DNA of 64,000 nucleotides from an uncultured virus (IMG/VR IMGVR_UViG_3300012001_000011) (IMGVR_UViG_3300012001_000011), one strand, 5' to 3'. Shown: positions 9,707-19,129, counted from the stretch's first letter. The notes: generated from the sequence alone by a model not told the origin. A program made the numbers and translations.

Positions 9707-10119
9707 CCAAGCCCCGCCGCAAATACCGCCCGAAGCCCTGTGTTCTGCCGCTGGGCATGCGCAAGGCTGGCGACATGGAATTTCCCGGCTTTGCCGCATC
9801 GCTCGCCCTCGGCACCGACTGGATGACTGAGCAGCACGTCTACGACCTTCTGAGCAATGCCGACATGACACGCCGCATCGCGCCCGATGGGCATCCGATC
9901 CTGGTCGTTGCGCAGGCCATGGTCTACGCGATAGCCGAGATTCAGCGGCGAGCAGAGCGCACCGGAAAAACAGGATGCACTGGCGACGAATTACGCATCT
10001 TGCGCGAAGGCGTAGGCCGGACCATGGACTATCTGCGCACGGTGTCGAATGTGGCGATTGACAGGGCGGCGCGGGCAGCGCTGGCCGAGTTCAACCGGAC
10101 CGGGGCGCTGCGAGTATGA
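9703..10119 (+). CDS. conserved hypothetical phage protein
   Basis: MTKPRRKYRPK start; coupled ATGA. Confidence 0.65.
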   Translation: MTKPRRKYRPKPCVLPLGMRKAGDMEFPGFAASLALGTDWMTEQHVYDLLSNADMTRRIAPDGHPILVVAQAMVYAIAEIQRRAERTGKTGCTGDELRILREGVGRTMDYLRTVSNVAIDRAARAALAEFNRTGALRV

Positions 10120-10292
10120 GTGATGAGCCGCTAACCCGCGCCGAATTGGAAGAGGTGCGCCGCCATCATAAGGGCAAGCCGCCGACGAGGGCGCTGCCGA
10201 ATGATTTTTTCAGAGACCCAATTTATACCGCACGGCTGTCCCGAGAAATCATTGAGCGCGAACGTATGAAGATGTGGAAGAAGGAACAGTAG
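10116..10292 (+). CDS. hypothetical protein (58 aa)
   Basis: Coupled ATGA; below the ORF-track size cutoff. Confidence 0.45.
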   Translation: MSDEPLTRAELEEVRRHHKGKPPTRALPNDFFRDPIYTARLSREIIERERMKMWKKEQ

Positions 10293-10312
10293 TTTAACCA
10301 AGGAGAAAGAAA

Positions 10313-10618
10313 ATGTTTAATAGCCGCATTGGAACAATGCCAGTAATCAGGATCGAATTGGAGTCAATGCAGCAATCGATATGTCACGCGTTCTCCGAGC
10401 ATATCGGGTCCATGGACGCGCAAATGCAGTCGGCGGTAAAGGCGTTCTGCGCGCCTGAAAATATTAAAAGCATCATCGATGCACAGGTAAGTAAGGTTCT
10501 GAAATCGGCCATTGAAAACGAGATCAGCCACTTCTACACCTACGGCGATGGGATGGAGGCGGTCAAGAATGCGATCCGCAAGCGGCTGGACGACAACGAG
10601 ACGTGGCTGGATTATTAA
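10313..10618 (+). CDS. hypothetical protein
   Basis: AAGGAG RBS. Confidence 0.7.
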   Translation: MFNSRIGTMPVIRIELESMQQSICHAFSEHIGSMDAQMQSAVKAFCAPENIKSIIDAQVSKVLKSAIENEISHFYTYGDGMEAVKNAIRKRLDDNETWLDY

Positions 10619-10662
10619 ACGGTAAGCCCTGCCGATCAGGGCTAATCAAAAGGAGAAGCACC

Positions 10663-10890
10663 ATGTACGAAGGAAATGCAATTGGAACTGCTGTCGGACT
10701 CCAAGACTACAACGCCAAGATGGCGGCATGCAAAGGCATGCAAAGCCCGACCCTCTCGGAAAACATCGAGCAGCGCATTGCCATGCTTGAACAGCAAGTC
10801 GAGCGGCTCAAGAACGTCAAGGCCAAGCTGCTGACCGGCAGCATGCTCGACGTGCCGATTGAAGACCTGCGCTTCGCAATGAACTACTAA
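10663..10890 (+). CDS. hypothetical coiled-coil protein
   Basis: AAGGAG RBS before ATG 10663. Confidence 0.7.
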   Translation: MYEGNAIGTAVGLQDYNAKMAACKGMQSPTLSENIEQRIAMLEQQVERLKNVKAKLLTGSMLDVPIEDLRFAMNY

Positions 10891-10937
10891 AACGGCAAGC
10901 GGCCCGCCGATCAGGGCCGCGCAACGAGAGGAATGCA

Positions 10938-11198
10938 ATGGAAACTTTTACCCAGCCGAAAATCACGGGATACCGCCAACTGACTGAGGAAGAAGTCGCG
11001 CTCATGAACGAGGGCAAGGCGCTGGCCGAGCAATGCGGCGCGTATATCGCAAAACTGCGCAGCCACACTGGGAAGATGGCGAACAATTCACCGGAACTGC
11101 TCGCACTGGATCAGCGCTGGATCAGCATCGGCGCAACCGACCTGCAGCGCGGTTTCATGGCTGTCATTCGTGGCATCGCACAGCCGACGACGTTCTAA
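10938..11198 (+). CDS. acb2: anti-CBASS cyclic-oligonucleotide sponge Acb2 (T4 Vs.4 family)
   Basis: KITGYRQLTEEEVALMN...RWISIGATDLQRGFMAVIRGIAQPTTF closely matches the Acb2 pattern (KIKGYRDLSQEEIDMMN...[24 protein letters not shown]). Confidence 0.9.
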   Translation: METFTQPKITGYRQLTEEEVALMNEGKALAEQCGAYIAKLRSHTGKMANNSPELLALDQRWISIGATDLQRGFMAVIRGIAQPTTF

Positions 11199-11295
11199 CA
11201 ACACCGCCCGCACGATACCGAAAATAAATATTGTGCGGGCGAATTTTCCTTGGTGTAGTATGGTAAGGTGGGAGGGTCTTCCAGTGGAGAAACCC

Positions 11296-11742
11296 ATGAT
11301 TGCCGCAAAACTCGCTATTTTCCCAGTCAATCCGCGCCGCTTCGATTCGACTCCGCGCAGGGTCCGTAGGCAGGACGCGCCCGAGGCGTTCATCAAACCT
11401 GACGGACTCGACCTGTGCCTCGCGTGCTGGAAGGAATGGATGGGCCGCAGCGATACCGATCTAGGCATCAAGAGCCAGTCCACGCTGCGCGGCGACAGTG
11501 ACGGCTATGACGGCGTGGACACTTCGCAGATGCGGCGTGACAACGAGATTGCGGAGGCGACGGACGCGATGATCCGCAGCTTGCAACGGTCGTATCAATG
11601 GGCAATCAGGCGGAAGTGCTCGATCACGCGCCAGAACGTGTGGAACTTCCCGCAACTGGACTATGTGACCGAGGCGCAAGCAGCATGCGTTGAGCTTGAA
11701 AAAAAGTTGCGAAACAACGTTGCCACACGGCTTCTTTGGTGA
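11296..11742 (+). CDS. putative late antitermination protein (Q-like)
   Basis: Last early gene before a terminator; W-x-x-W N-terminal region and DAMIRSL...WAI pattern. Confidence 0.55.
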   Translation: MIAAKLAIFPVNPRRFDSTPRRVRRQDAPEAFIKPDGLDLCLACWKEWMGRSDTDLGIKSQSTLRGDSDGYDGVDTSQMRRDNEIAEATDAMIRSLQRSYQWAIRRKCSITRQNVWNFPQLDYVTEAQAACVELEKKLRNNVATRLLW

Positions 11743-11817
11743 TAGAGTGGCGTTACTGGCTGTTTTTTCACGCCTAAAAATATGTAGTACCCGGCAGATT
11801 GTCCGGGACGAACCCAG

Positions 11818-11842
11818 AAGCCGCCCTCCGAGGTGGCTTTTT
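11818..11842 (+). terminator. intrinsic terminator (tR'-like)
   Basis: aagccgcc-ctccga-ggtggctt followed by a T run. Confidence 0.7.
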
Positions 11843-11996
11843 GCATTTCAGCGCCACTTAGCGAGGCCGTCATGCGGACCATCTACCTCAAGCGCCGCCC
11901 ATTCGTGTGCCGCTTCTGGCGCAGCTATCACGGCTGGCGCGCTGTATATGGCCGCTGGCAGTCGCTCAAGGCTGCGTGGTGGATAGCGAGGTTGTC

Positions 11997-12152
11997 ATGA
12001 CTGCGAACCATCCGCCAAAAGAAGCCGTCCGCGCCTACCTGGCAAAGCGGACGCAAGACGAAAGCCCGCCACCATCGCCGGATCAAGTCCGCGAAATGCT
12101 CGGGTGGCACATGATTCCCGAAAACGGGTATGTGCCGGAGGCCGAAGAATAG
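11997..12152 (+). CDS. small conserved protein (HPPKE...PPPSP...LGW)
   Basis: GAGG RBS; paralog at 59005-59157. Confidence 0.65.
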   Translation: MTANHPPKEAVRAYLAKRTQDESPPPSPDQVREMLGWHMIPENGYVPEAEE

Positions 12153-12363
12153 AGTTCCCTTCTGGGGCTTGAAGTCCTCGGAACATAGAGGCCAGCCGAC
12201 GCACAATCAGCTGCACGGGCCCAATAGGCCGCAGATGCCGCCCGTCATCGACTAGGCCGAACGACGACCGCAACAATTCATGCGTCACCCAGCCGACCGC
12301 AGCCACAAGCTGCGCGCTGCCGCAAGGCGAACGGCCCGTAACGATGAACTACGGATGATCAAT

Positions 12364-12435
12364 TGCGGGGAAGTGTAATGGCGCACGGCGGGCTCATAAC
12401 CCACCAGATCGGTTCGATTCCGGCGACCGCAACCA
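12364..12435 (+). tRNA. degenerate tRNA-Met(CAT), initiator-like
   Basis: GGG-CTCATAA-CCC anticodon arm, GTTCGATTC T-loop and 3' ACCA; mismatches in the acceptor, anticodon and T stems. Confidence 0.65.
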
Positions 12436-12452
12436 GCACCCACTACGGAGAA

Positions 12453-12614
12453 ATGATGGAGACGATGAAAACGCCACGTGGCAGCGCTCGCCGCGCCCGT
12501 CACGCACTGATGGACTACTCGCCGCGCCCAGTTGCTGTTGTCGCACGAGGCGTTGGCACGCGAAGCATGCAGGCCGGGCTGTATCGCATTGCAGATTCGC
12601 TGGCCCGCAAATAA
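12453..12614 (+). CDS. hypothetical small protein
   Basis: GGAG RBS immediately after the tRNA. Confidence 0.45.
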   Translation: MMETMKTPRGSARRARHALMDYSPRPVAVVARGVGTRSMQAGLYRIADSLARK

Positions 12615-12703
12615 CAGGCGGTCAACCGCTTCGCAAGAGGCGGCACAATTTAGGCGCTGCCCGAGTGGGTGCGCGAGCACGGCGGAAGCCTCGGCGCTTA
12701 AAT

Positions 12704-12819
12704 TGTGGTGAATGCGCAGTGATGATGCGCAATCGAATGCTGATGGCGTGCGCGGGATCTTAAGTGACGGCGAGCACATACCAACGTCAGGCCGGGATCA
12801 TCTCCGGCCACCACAACCT
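12704..12819 (+). ncRNA. tRNA-like structured RNA with complementary loops
   Basis: 7-bp closing stem TGTGGTG/CACCACA followed by ACC; hairpins TGCGCA/TGCGCA and GCCGG/CCGGC. Confidence 0.6.
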
Positions 12820-12887
12820 ATTTCTCCCGGCGCTCCCCGCCATTTGCCCCGCCCGCTTAATGCGAGAGTGGGGATTTTTCTTTCAAG

Positions 12888-12911
12888 GCCAGCCTAAACC
12901 GCTGGCTTTTT
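12888..12911 (+). terminator. intrinsic terminator
   Basis: gccagc-ctaaacc-gctggc-TTTTT. Confidence 0.65.
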
Positions 12912-12920
12912 CCGTTTCAA

Positions 12921-12995
12921 CGCGCGCCTAGGTTTGCTCCCGAAAGCCGATTGGTAGTCGGCACGGCGCGCACCAATTTCTACCACTCCTTACCA
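12921..12995 (+). ncRNA. C4/IsrK-like antisense leader RNA upstream of rha
   Basis: gcgcgcc/ggcgcgc stem with inner ccga-ttggtag-tcgg hairpin; loop TGGTAG is complementary to CTACCA/TTACCA next to the RBS. Confidence 0.5.
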
Positions 12996-13004
12996 GAGGG
13001 AATT

Positions 13005-13556
13005 ATGCAAACGCAAACACCTGTAGCTGAAATCGACCTGTATCGTGAATTGGTAATGCTGATCGAGGGCGAGGGCATCACATCCTCGCGCATGGTCGCG
13101 GCGAGGTTTAAGAAGTCGCACACGCACGCATTGCGCAAGTTGGATCAGGTAATTAAGGCGGTACGTTCAATCGAACCCGGAATGGCGACATTGATGTTCC
13201 GCGAGTCGAACTACACCGACACGCGCGGCCGGATGCAGCGCGAAGTGCAAATGACGCATGACGGCTTCATGATGCTGGCGATGCGGTTCAGTGGCGAAAC
13301 TGCCACGCGCTGGCAACTCAAATTTATTGCCGCGTTCAAGTGGCTGGCTGGGATGGTGCTTGACCGCGCCGAAAACAACCGTCTCATGGCCCAGTTCGAC
13401 ATCAAGAACCGTGCTTCGATTGCCGATGGCTCGTATCACGGAGCCGGTCTACGGCAACGCAAAGTTGAGAAAAGCGCCCTGGAGATTGAGGAATTGGAAA
13501 TCAAAGCCAAGGTGCAGGCAAGCCTTGGACTTGAAAGTCCAGATCAGATGCACTAA
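13005..13556 (+). CDS. rha: Rha family regulatory/antirepressor protein
   Basis: TSSRMVAARFKKSH...FRESNYTDTRGR...MTHDGFMMLAMRFSG...KFIAAF. Confidence 0.85.
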   Translation: MQTQTPVAEIDLYRELVMLIEGEGITSSRMVAARFKKSHTHALRKLDQVIKAVRSIEPGMATLMFRESNYTDTRGRMQREVQMTHDGFMMLAMRFSGETATRWQLKFIAAFKWLAGMVLDRAENNRLMAQFDIKNRASIADGSYHGAGLRQRKVEKSALEIEELEIKAKVQASLGLESPDQMH

Positions 13557-13834
13557 TGGACGCCGGCACCCACGAACGGCTTGTGCCGTTGGATACATGG
13601 ATTGGCGAGAACGAACGGCGCCGCTCGATTTGGCAAGCCGGATCGCCGCACCTGACAGAACCAAAAGGCATGTCGAAGTGGCTCAAGCGACACGAAGCGC
13701 GACTGACTGCATGTGGCGCCGTGCTGCGACTTGGCAATGCTTGGCGCATCGTTGAGCCGTCATTCATGCCGGCCATGATGGCGATACTTACCGATGAGCG
13801 CACCAAGGCGCAGAAGAAAACAAAGCCACCATGA
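13556..13834 (+). CDS. hypothetical protein
   Basis: TAATG-coupled to rha. Confidence 0.55.
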   Translation: MDAGTHERLVPLDTWIGENERRRSIWQAGSPHLTEPKGMSKWLKRHEARLTACGAVLRLGNAWRIVEPSFMPAMMAILTDERTKAQKKTKPP

Positions 13835-14207
13835 ACCACGCCCCCGACCTGACCGAGCGCGAGGCTTTGATGCTCGCACTGGCGACGATTGCCGCGCTGA
13901 TCCTGTCGGTTGCGTGGCTGTTCGATGGGTTCAGGTAATGGCATCGCGCGCTTGGCACATGATCTGCATCGAGTTGTTCTATCTGCAAGCGGATATAGCC
14001 AAGGCGAAGCGGCATACGCCGGGCCATTCCGCAGGTTGTAGCGTGCGGCTGGTGCCGTGTAATAAATAACGCAGCCTGCCAGCGCGCTCCAGCGGCAGCG
14101 AACAGAAAAGCGAGCGCAGTCGCTGACGAGCAAAAGCCAGAAGCCTCCGCTGCCGAATATCGTAGACCTATCGGGCGCGGGCAGCGACACTATGAACGGA
14201 TCACGAT

Positions 14208-14747
14208 ATGGGGCGACCCTCGAAGTTGACGGATGCCCAATGGGAAACAATCAGCAAGCGATTGCTGGCTGGTGAGTCTGCCGCGAAGCTGGCGCGTGAG
14301 TTCGGCGTCAGCAAGGCATCCATTTCTGTACGATTTTCTAAACGTATCGAAACTGTAAAAACTGTTGCGAATCAATTGGTTAGTGCGGAAACCTCATTCG
14401 CATTACTAAACGTTTCGGAACAAGTTGCGGCCCGCACGCTGGCCGATGACATGAAGGATATGCAGGCGCATTTATTCGGCGCTGGCAGATTCGGCGCAGC
14501 TACTGCGCACAGGCTCAACGGCATCGCCCATGCCAAGGTCGCGGAGATTGATGATGCCGCGCCGCTGGACGATGAGAGTAGGAAGACGTTAAGTGATATC
14601 TCCGCTCTGAATAAGATGGCAAACGGGGCAGCAGAGATAGCGACCAACCTGTTTAGGGCGAACAAAGACGCCAAGCCAGAGGATGAAAGCCCAACGCCGG
14701 TTGCCATCACCTTCGGCGTGAAGGACGCGCGACGTGTCAGCGATTAA
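14208..14747 (+). CDS. terS: terminase small subunit (HTH)
   Basis: GRPSKLT...LAREFGVS HTH; overlaps terL. Confidence 0.8.
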   Translation: MGRPSKLTDAQWETISKRLLAGESAAKLAREFGVSKASISVRFSKRIETVKTVANQLVSAETSFALLNVSEQVAARTLADDMKDMQAHLFGAGRFGAATAHRLNGIAHAKVAEIDDAAPLDDESRKTLSDISALNKMANGAAEIATNLFRANKDAKPEDESPTPVAITFGVKDARRVSD

Positions 14748-16020
14748 TCTTGACCTGAACGCACCGCAGTCTGAGTTTTTACAACTGCCACACAAGTTTA
14801 AGGCGTACGTCGCGGGGTTTGGATCTGGCAAGACGTTCGTTGGTTGCGCAGGCATCGCGGCGCACTTCTGGACATGGCCAGGTATCAATCAAGGCTATTT
14901 CGCGCCAACCTATCCGCAGATTCGGGACATCTTCTACCCGACGATGGAGGAGGTTGCAGGCTCGATGGGCCTGCGCACGAAGATCAAGGTTGCCGATCAC
15001 GAAGTCGAGGTCTACGAAGGTAGAAAATACCGTGGCACAGTGATTTGCCGGTCGATGGAGAAGCCGGAGACCATCGTCGGCTTCAAGATAGGCCACGCGC
15101 TGATTGATGAGCTTGATGTCATGCCAATGCTCAAGGCGCAGACCGCTTGGCGCAAGATCATCGCCAGGATGCGCTACAACGTACCGGGGCTGCTGAATGG
15201 TATTGATGTAACGACGACGCCCGAGGGGTTCAAGTTCGTCTATGACCAGTTCGTCAAGGCGGTGCGCGACAAGCCATCATTGGCCGCGATGTACGGGTTG
15301 ATTCAGGCAAGCACGTACGACAATGAACTGAATTTGCCGGCTGATTACATTGCGTCACTGTATGAGTCGTACCCGCCAGCACTGATTGATGCCTACTTGC
15401 GAGGCAAGTTTACCAACTTGACCAGTGGCAGCGTGTACGCCGACTTCGACCGGAAGTTGAATCATACCGATGAGGTGATCCAACCAGGCGAGCCGCTGAT
15501 GGTCGGGCTTGACTTCAACGTCCAGAACATGACCGCCTGCATCAACGTGGTGCGCGACGGCTTGCCTCTAACGCTGGCTGAGCGCGTCAAGGTGCGCGAT
15601 ACCCCTGCGATGGCAAGGATTCTGAAAGAGGATTTCAAGGACAAGGGGCATCAGATCAAGATTTATCCGGACGCCTCCGGCCAGAACACCAGTAGCAAGG
15701 ACGCGAGTGAGTCGGACCTCTCGATCCTCCGCGCGGCCGGATTTCAGATCGAGGTGAATCCCGCAAATCCAGCAGTTAAGGATCGAGTCAACTCCTACAA
15801 CGCAATGATCCTGAATGCCGAGGGTGATCGGCGGTGGAAGATCAATACCGACCTTTGCCCGACAACGACCGAGGCATTGGAAAAACAAGTGTGGGGTAAG
15901 GACGGGGCTCCGGATAAGAAGGCTGGCCACGATCACCCTAACGACGCAAACGGCTACTTCATTGTGAAGCGATGGCCGATCGTGAAACGCACTGCGCAAG
16001 TCCGCACGCTGAACATTTAA
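14734..16020 (+). CDS. terL: terminase large subunit
   Basis: AGFGSGKT Walker A, LIDELD Walker B, TTTPEG, GLDFN, DHPNDA nuclease motifs. Confidence 0.95.
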   Translation: MSAINLDLNAPQSEFLQLPHKFKAYVAGFGSGKTFVGCAGIAAHFWTWPGINQGYFAPTYPQIRDIFYPTMEEVAGSMGLRTKIKVADHEVEVYEGRKYRGTVICRSMEKPETIVGFKIGHALIDELDVMPMLKAQTAWRKIIARMRYNVPGLLNGIDVTTTPEGFKFVYDQFVKAVRDKPSLAAMYGLIQASTYDNELNLPADYIASLYESYPPALIDAYLRGKFTNLTSGSVYADFDRKLNHTDEVIQPGEPLMVGLDFNVQNMTACINVVRDGLPLTLAERVKVRDTPAMARILKEDFKDKGHQIKIYPDASGQNTSSKDASESDLSILRAAGFQIEVNPANPAVKDRVNSYNAMILNAEGDRRWKINTDLCPTTTEALEKQVWGKDGAPDKKAGHDHPNDANGYFIVKRWPIVKRTAQVRTLNI

Positions 16021-16033
16021 TAGCAAGGAAAGC

Positions 16034-17470
16034 ATGGCAACGAAAGTCAACGATACTTCACCAGCAGTCGCCGCAATGGCTGAGGGCTGGTCGATGATCG
16101 ACGCGTTGTGCGGGGGAACTGGCGCCATGCGGAAGGCGCGCGAAACCTATCTGCCTAAGTTTCCGCGCGAGGATCACGACAGCTACGACTATCGCGTGAA
16201 GACCTCGACGCTGTTCAATGGCCTTGGCCGCACGATTGAGAACATGGCAGCCAAGCCGTTTGCCGAACCTGTCACATTCACGGACATCGATCCCGCGCCC
16301 GCGCTGTGGCTCGACAACATCGACCTGTGCGGGAACAACCTTTCGGTGTTTGCGCATAACCTGCTGACCGCTGGGTTGAAATATGGACTGACGCACATTC
16401 TGGTCGAGAATCCACCGACGACGGATGAGAATGGCGTGTTGCGCTATCCGACGCGCGCCGCCGAGACAGCAGCAGGCGTGCGCCCGTATCTGGTCCACAT
16501 CACGCCGCAGCAGATCCTTGGCTGGATGAGCGAAAAGTCGGCAAGTGGCGCGGAGGCGCTGACCATGCTGCGCATCATTGAGTGCGTAGAGGAGCCTGAC
16601 GGCGAGTTCGGCACCAAGAGCGTTGCACAGGTTCGTGTGTTGACGCCTGGCGCGTGGGCGACGTACCGCAAGGCAGAGAAGGGCGACGACTGGCCATTGT
16701 TTGACCATGGACGCATGTCGCTGGACTTCATTCCGCTAGTCACGTTCTACACACGCCGCACCGGGTTCATGACTGCGACGCCGCCGTTTAAGGATTTGGC
16801 TGATCTGAATTTGAAGCACTGGCAGTCCAGCTCGGATCAAGACAGCATTTTGCACACCGCGCGCGTGCCGATCCTTGCGATCAGTGGCGTCACCGAGGAC
16901 GACAAGATTACAATCGGCGCCAAGTCCGCGCTGATGCTGCCGACTGGCGCGGACGCGAAATACGTTGAGCACACTGGCGCGGCGATTGAGGCTGGCCGGC
17001 AATCGCTGCAAGACTTGGAAAACCAGATGCGCGCAATGGGCGCCGAACTGCTCGCCGAAACGCAGGTTACGACGACAGCAACGCAGAACAACATCGAAGA
17101 CAGTGAGGCAAAGTGCCAATTGTCCATGATGGTCGAGGGGCTGGAGGATGCGCTAGACCAATCTGTTGACATCATGCACAAGTGGGTCAAGCTGGAATAC
17201 AAGGGTGATATCGACCTGTTCGATGACTTCTCGTCGAGTGCCGTGATGGCTACCGCAGGGCCGTTTATAACCGGCCTGGTGCAACTGGTCACGAGTGGGA
17301 TGCTGTCGAAGGAAGATGCATTCGCGGAAATGCAAAGATATTCGATCATCAATCCCGATCTAGTATGGGCAGATATCCAGGCCAAGATTGAGCTTGAGCC
17401 GCCAATGTTTGCTGTTCCAATGCCTGGCGCACCCGTAAAAGACCATGCCGCCGATCCGGCAGCCGCATGA
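16034..17470 (+). CDS. portal protein (DUF4055-type)
   Basis: Follows terL; YLPK, YGLTHILV, PPFKDLADLNLKHWQSSSD motifs. Confidence 0.9.
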   Translation: MATKVNDTSPAVAAMAEGWSMIDALCGGTGAMRKARETYLPKFPREDHDSYDYRVKTSTLFNGLGRTIENMAAKPFAEPVTFTDIDPAPALWLDNIDLCGNNLSVFAHNLLTAGLKYGLTHILVENPPTTDENGVLRYPTRAAETAAGVRPYLVHITPQQILGWMSEKSASGAEALTMLRIIECVEEPDGEFGTKSVAQVRVLTPGAWATYRKAEKGDDWPLFDHGRMSLDFIPLVTFYTRRTGFMTATPPFKDLADLNLKHWQSSSDQDSILHTARVPILAISGVTEDDKITIGAKSALMLPTGADAKYVEHTGAAIEAGRQSLQDLENQMRAMGAELLAETQVTTTATQNNIEDSEAKCQLSMMVEGLEDALDQSVDIMHKWVKLEYKGDIDLFDDFSSSAVMATAGPFITGLVQLVTSGMLSKEDAFAEMQRYSIINPDLVWADIQAKIELEPPMFAVPMPGAPVKDHAADPAAA

Positions 17471-18603
17471 GCGCGCTCGAAGAATGGCTGATGCTCCTGC
17501 TGTTGGAGCACGATGTCAACATGCTGCGCGTCGAGGCTGAAACTAAATCCCGCGTCCTGGCACTGTTGATCCTGATGCAAAAGGATCTGGTCAGCATCAT
17601 CGCCAACGCGCCGGCCATGTCGGAGCTTGGGAAGTTGGGCAAGGGCGCTATCTTGCGCGAGTCGAACACGGTCATAGCTGAATATTACGGCAAGGCCGCG
17701 CTGCAAGTCGATCTGGCGGGCATTGCTGATGTTGAGGCTATGGGCGTCAAGCGGGCGCTAGCTGATGTGTTGGAGCGCGCTGCTGGGCCATTGAGCGCAG
17801 AGGTGCGCATTGGGCTTGCACTGCCAACCGAGAACTATTTGCAGAAACTAGCGAGTGACGTGCTGATTCAAGGCTCGCCGGCTAAGAACTGGTGGCTTCG
17901 TCAGCAGCAGGACACGCAGTTCAAGCTGGCGAACGAGATCCGCATCGGAGCGGCACAAGGTGAAACAAACGCTCAAATCATCAAGCGTATCGTCGGGCAG
18001 GATGCGACGGTAGCGAAGGCGCCGACAGTTCCGGGCGCATTGCCAGCGGTCGAGCCAAGCATTCCGGGCGTCATGCCACTGGCGAGGAAGAATGCCGCAG
18101 CAATCGTGCAGACGAGCATGGCAACCGTCGCAGCCGAGGCGCGGCGCAAGACGTTTCAGTTGAACGCGGACATTACGCGCGGCATCGTGCAGCACTCGAC
18201 TCTTGACAGTCACACAAGTTTGACCTGTATCGCATACGACGGCGCGACGTGGGACTTGGAATATCAGCCCATCGAGGGCAACGACTTGCCGTACAACGGC
18301 GGAACGCCCCGGCATTGGGCGTGTCGTTCAGCCGAGGCGGCGCTGATGCTTACCCTGCGGCAAATGGGTATCGACATGGACGAGCCTGATCCGGGCATGC
18401 GCGCCTCATCGAGCGGCCCGGTCAGCGCCAAGACGACGTTTGCGGACTACCTGAAGTCGAAGGGCGAGGATTACCAGAATGAGGTGTTGGGCAAGGGGCG
18501 CGCAGAGTTGTTTCGCGCTGGCAAGATTTCCGTGCGCGATCTTTTGGACATGCGTGGACAACCCTTAAAGCTCGAAATTCTCAAGGCCAAATACGCGCAG
18601 TAG
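17467..18603 (+). CDS. minor head protein (SPP1 gp7/MuF-like)
   Basis: STLDSHTSLTC...PRHWACRS motif. Confidence 0.85.
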   Translation: MSALEEWLMLLLLEHDVNMLRVEAETKSRVLALLILMQKDLVSIIANAPAMSELGKLGKGAILRESNTVIAEYYGKAALQVDLAGIADVEAMGVKRALADVLERAAGPLSAEVRIGLALPTENYLQKLASDVLIQGSPAKNWWLRQQQDTQFKLANEIRIGAAQGETNAQIIKRIVGQDATVAKAPTVPGALPAVEPSIPGVMPLARKNAAAIVQTSMATVAAEARRKTFQLNADITRGIVQHSTLDSHTSLTCIAYDGATWDLEYQPIEGNDLPYNGGTPRHWACRSAEAALMLTLRQMGIDMDEPDPGMRASSSGPVSAKTTFADYLKSKGEDYQNEVLGKGRAELFRAGKISVRDLLDMRGQPLKLEILKAKYAQ

Positions 18604-18617
18604 AGTAAAATCCGGGC

Positions 18618-18839
18618 ATGAACTTCAATGCTAAATCCCTGCTGACCGCTCCACCAATGACCATAGACGCGCTTGCCGAACGGCTGGCGAAGATTAAGGC
18701 TATGGGCATGGGCGGCGCACCTGTTGTATTGGAGGGTGGTGAGATCGGACAGATTGATCTTGTGGCGCATGGCGAGAAGCCGGCGCATTTTGTGGTGAGA
18801 GCTAGGACGCCCAAGGGAGAAAGGGAGGTGCTGAGATGA
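18618..18839 (+). CDS. hypothetical protein (moron)
   Basis: ORF between the MuF-like and scaffold genes, upstream of terminators. Confidence 0.5.
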   Translation: MNFNAKSLLTAPPMTIDALAERLAKIKAMGMGGAPVVLEGGEIGQIDLVAHGEKPAHFVVRARTPKGEREVLR

Positions 18840-18980
18840 TTACCAAGCCGCGCATCGTGCGTCACGCATCAGGCTGGTCGTGCATCGGCCTCGGCATGGA
18901 GGGTAATGGGAGAACTCCCCGAGGCGCATACTTCGACTGGCTTAATGAAGCCAGCTTCCACCCCTATATTTGAGCCTATG

Positions 18981-19047
18981 AAGCTCGCTCCGGCGGGCTT
19001 TTTTTACGACCATAGTTTTCACGAGACCGCCCAAGAGGCGGTTTTTT
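18981..19047 (+). terminator. two tandem intrinsic terminators
   Basis: aagctcgc/gcgggctt+T and agaccgcc/ggcggttt+T. Confidence 0.75.
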
Positions 19048-19129
19048 ATTGCCCGAACGCCGGACGGACTAGGGCGCAATGATCCGGACGGATCGCCAAC
19101 ATGAGCGGATGCTCAAGAAAGTTAGCATA

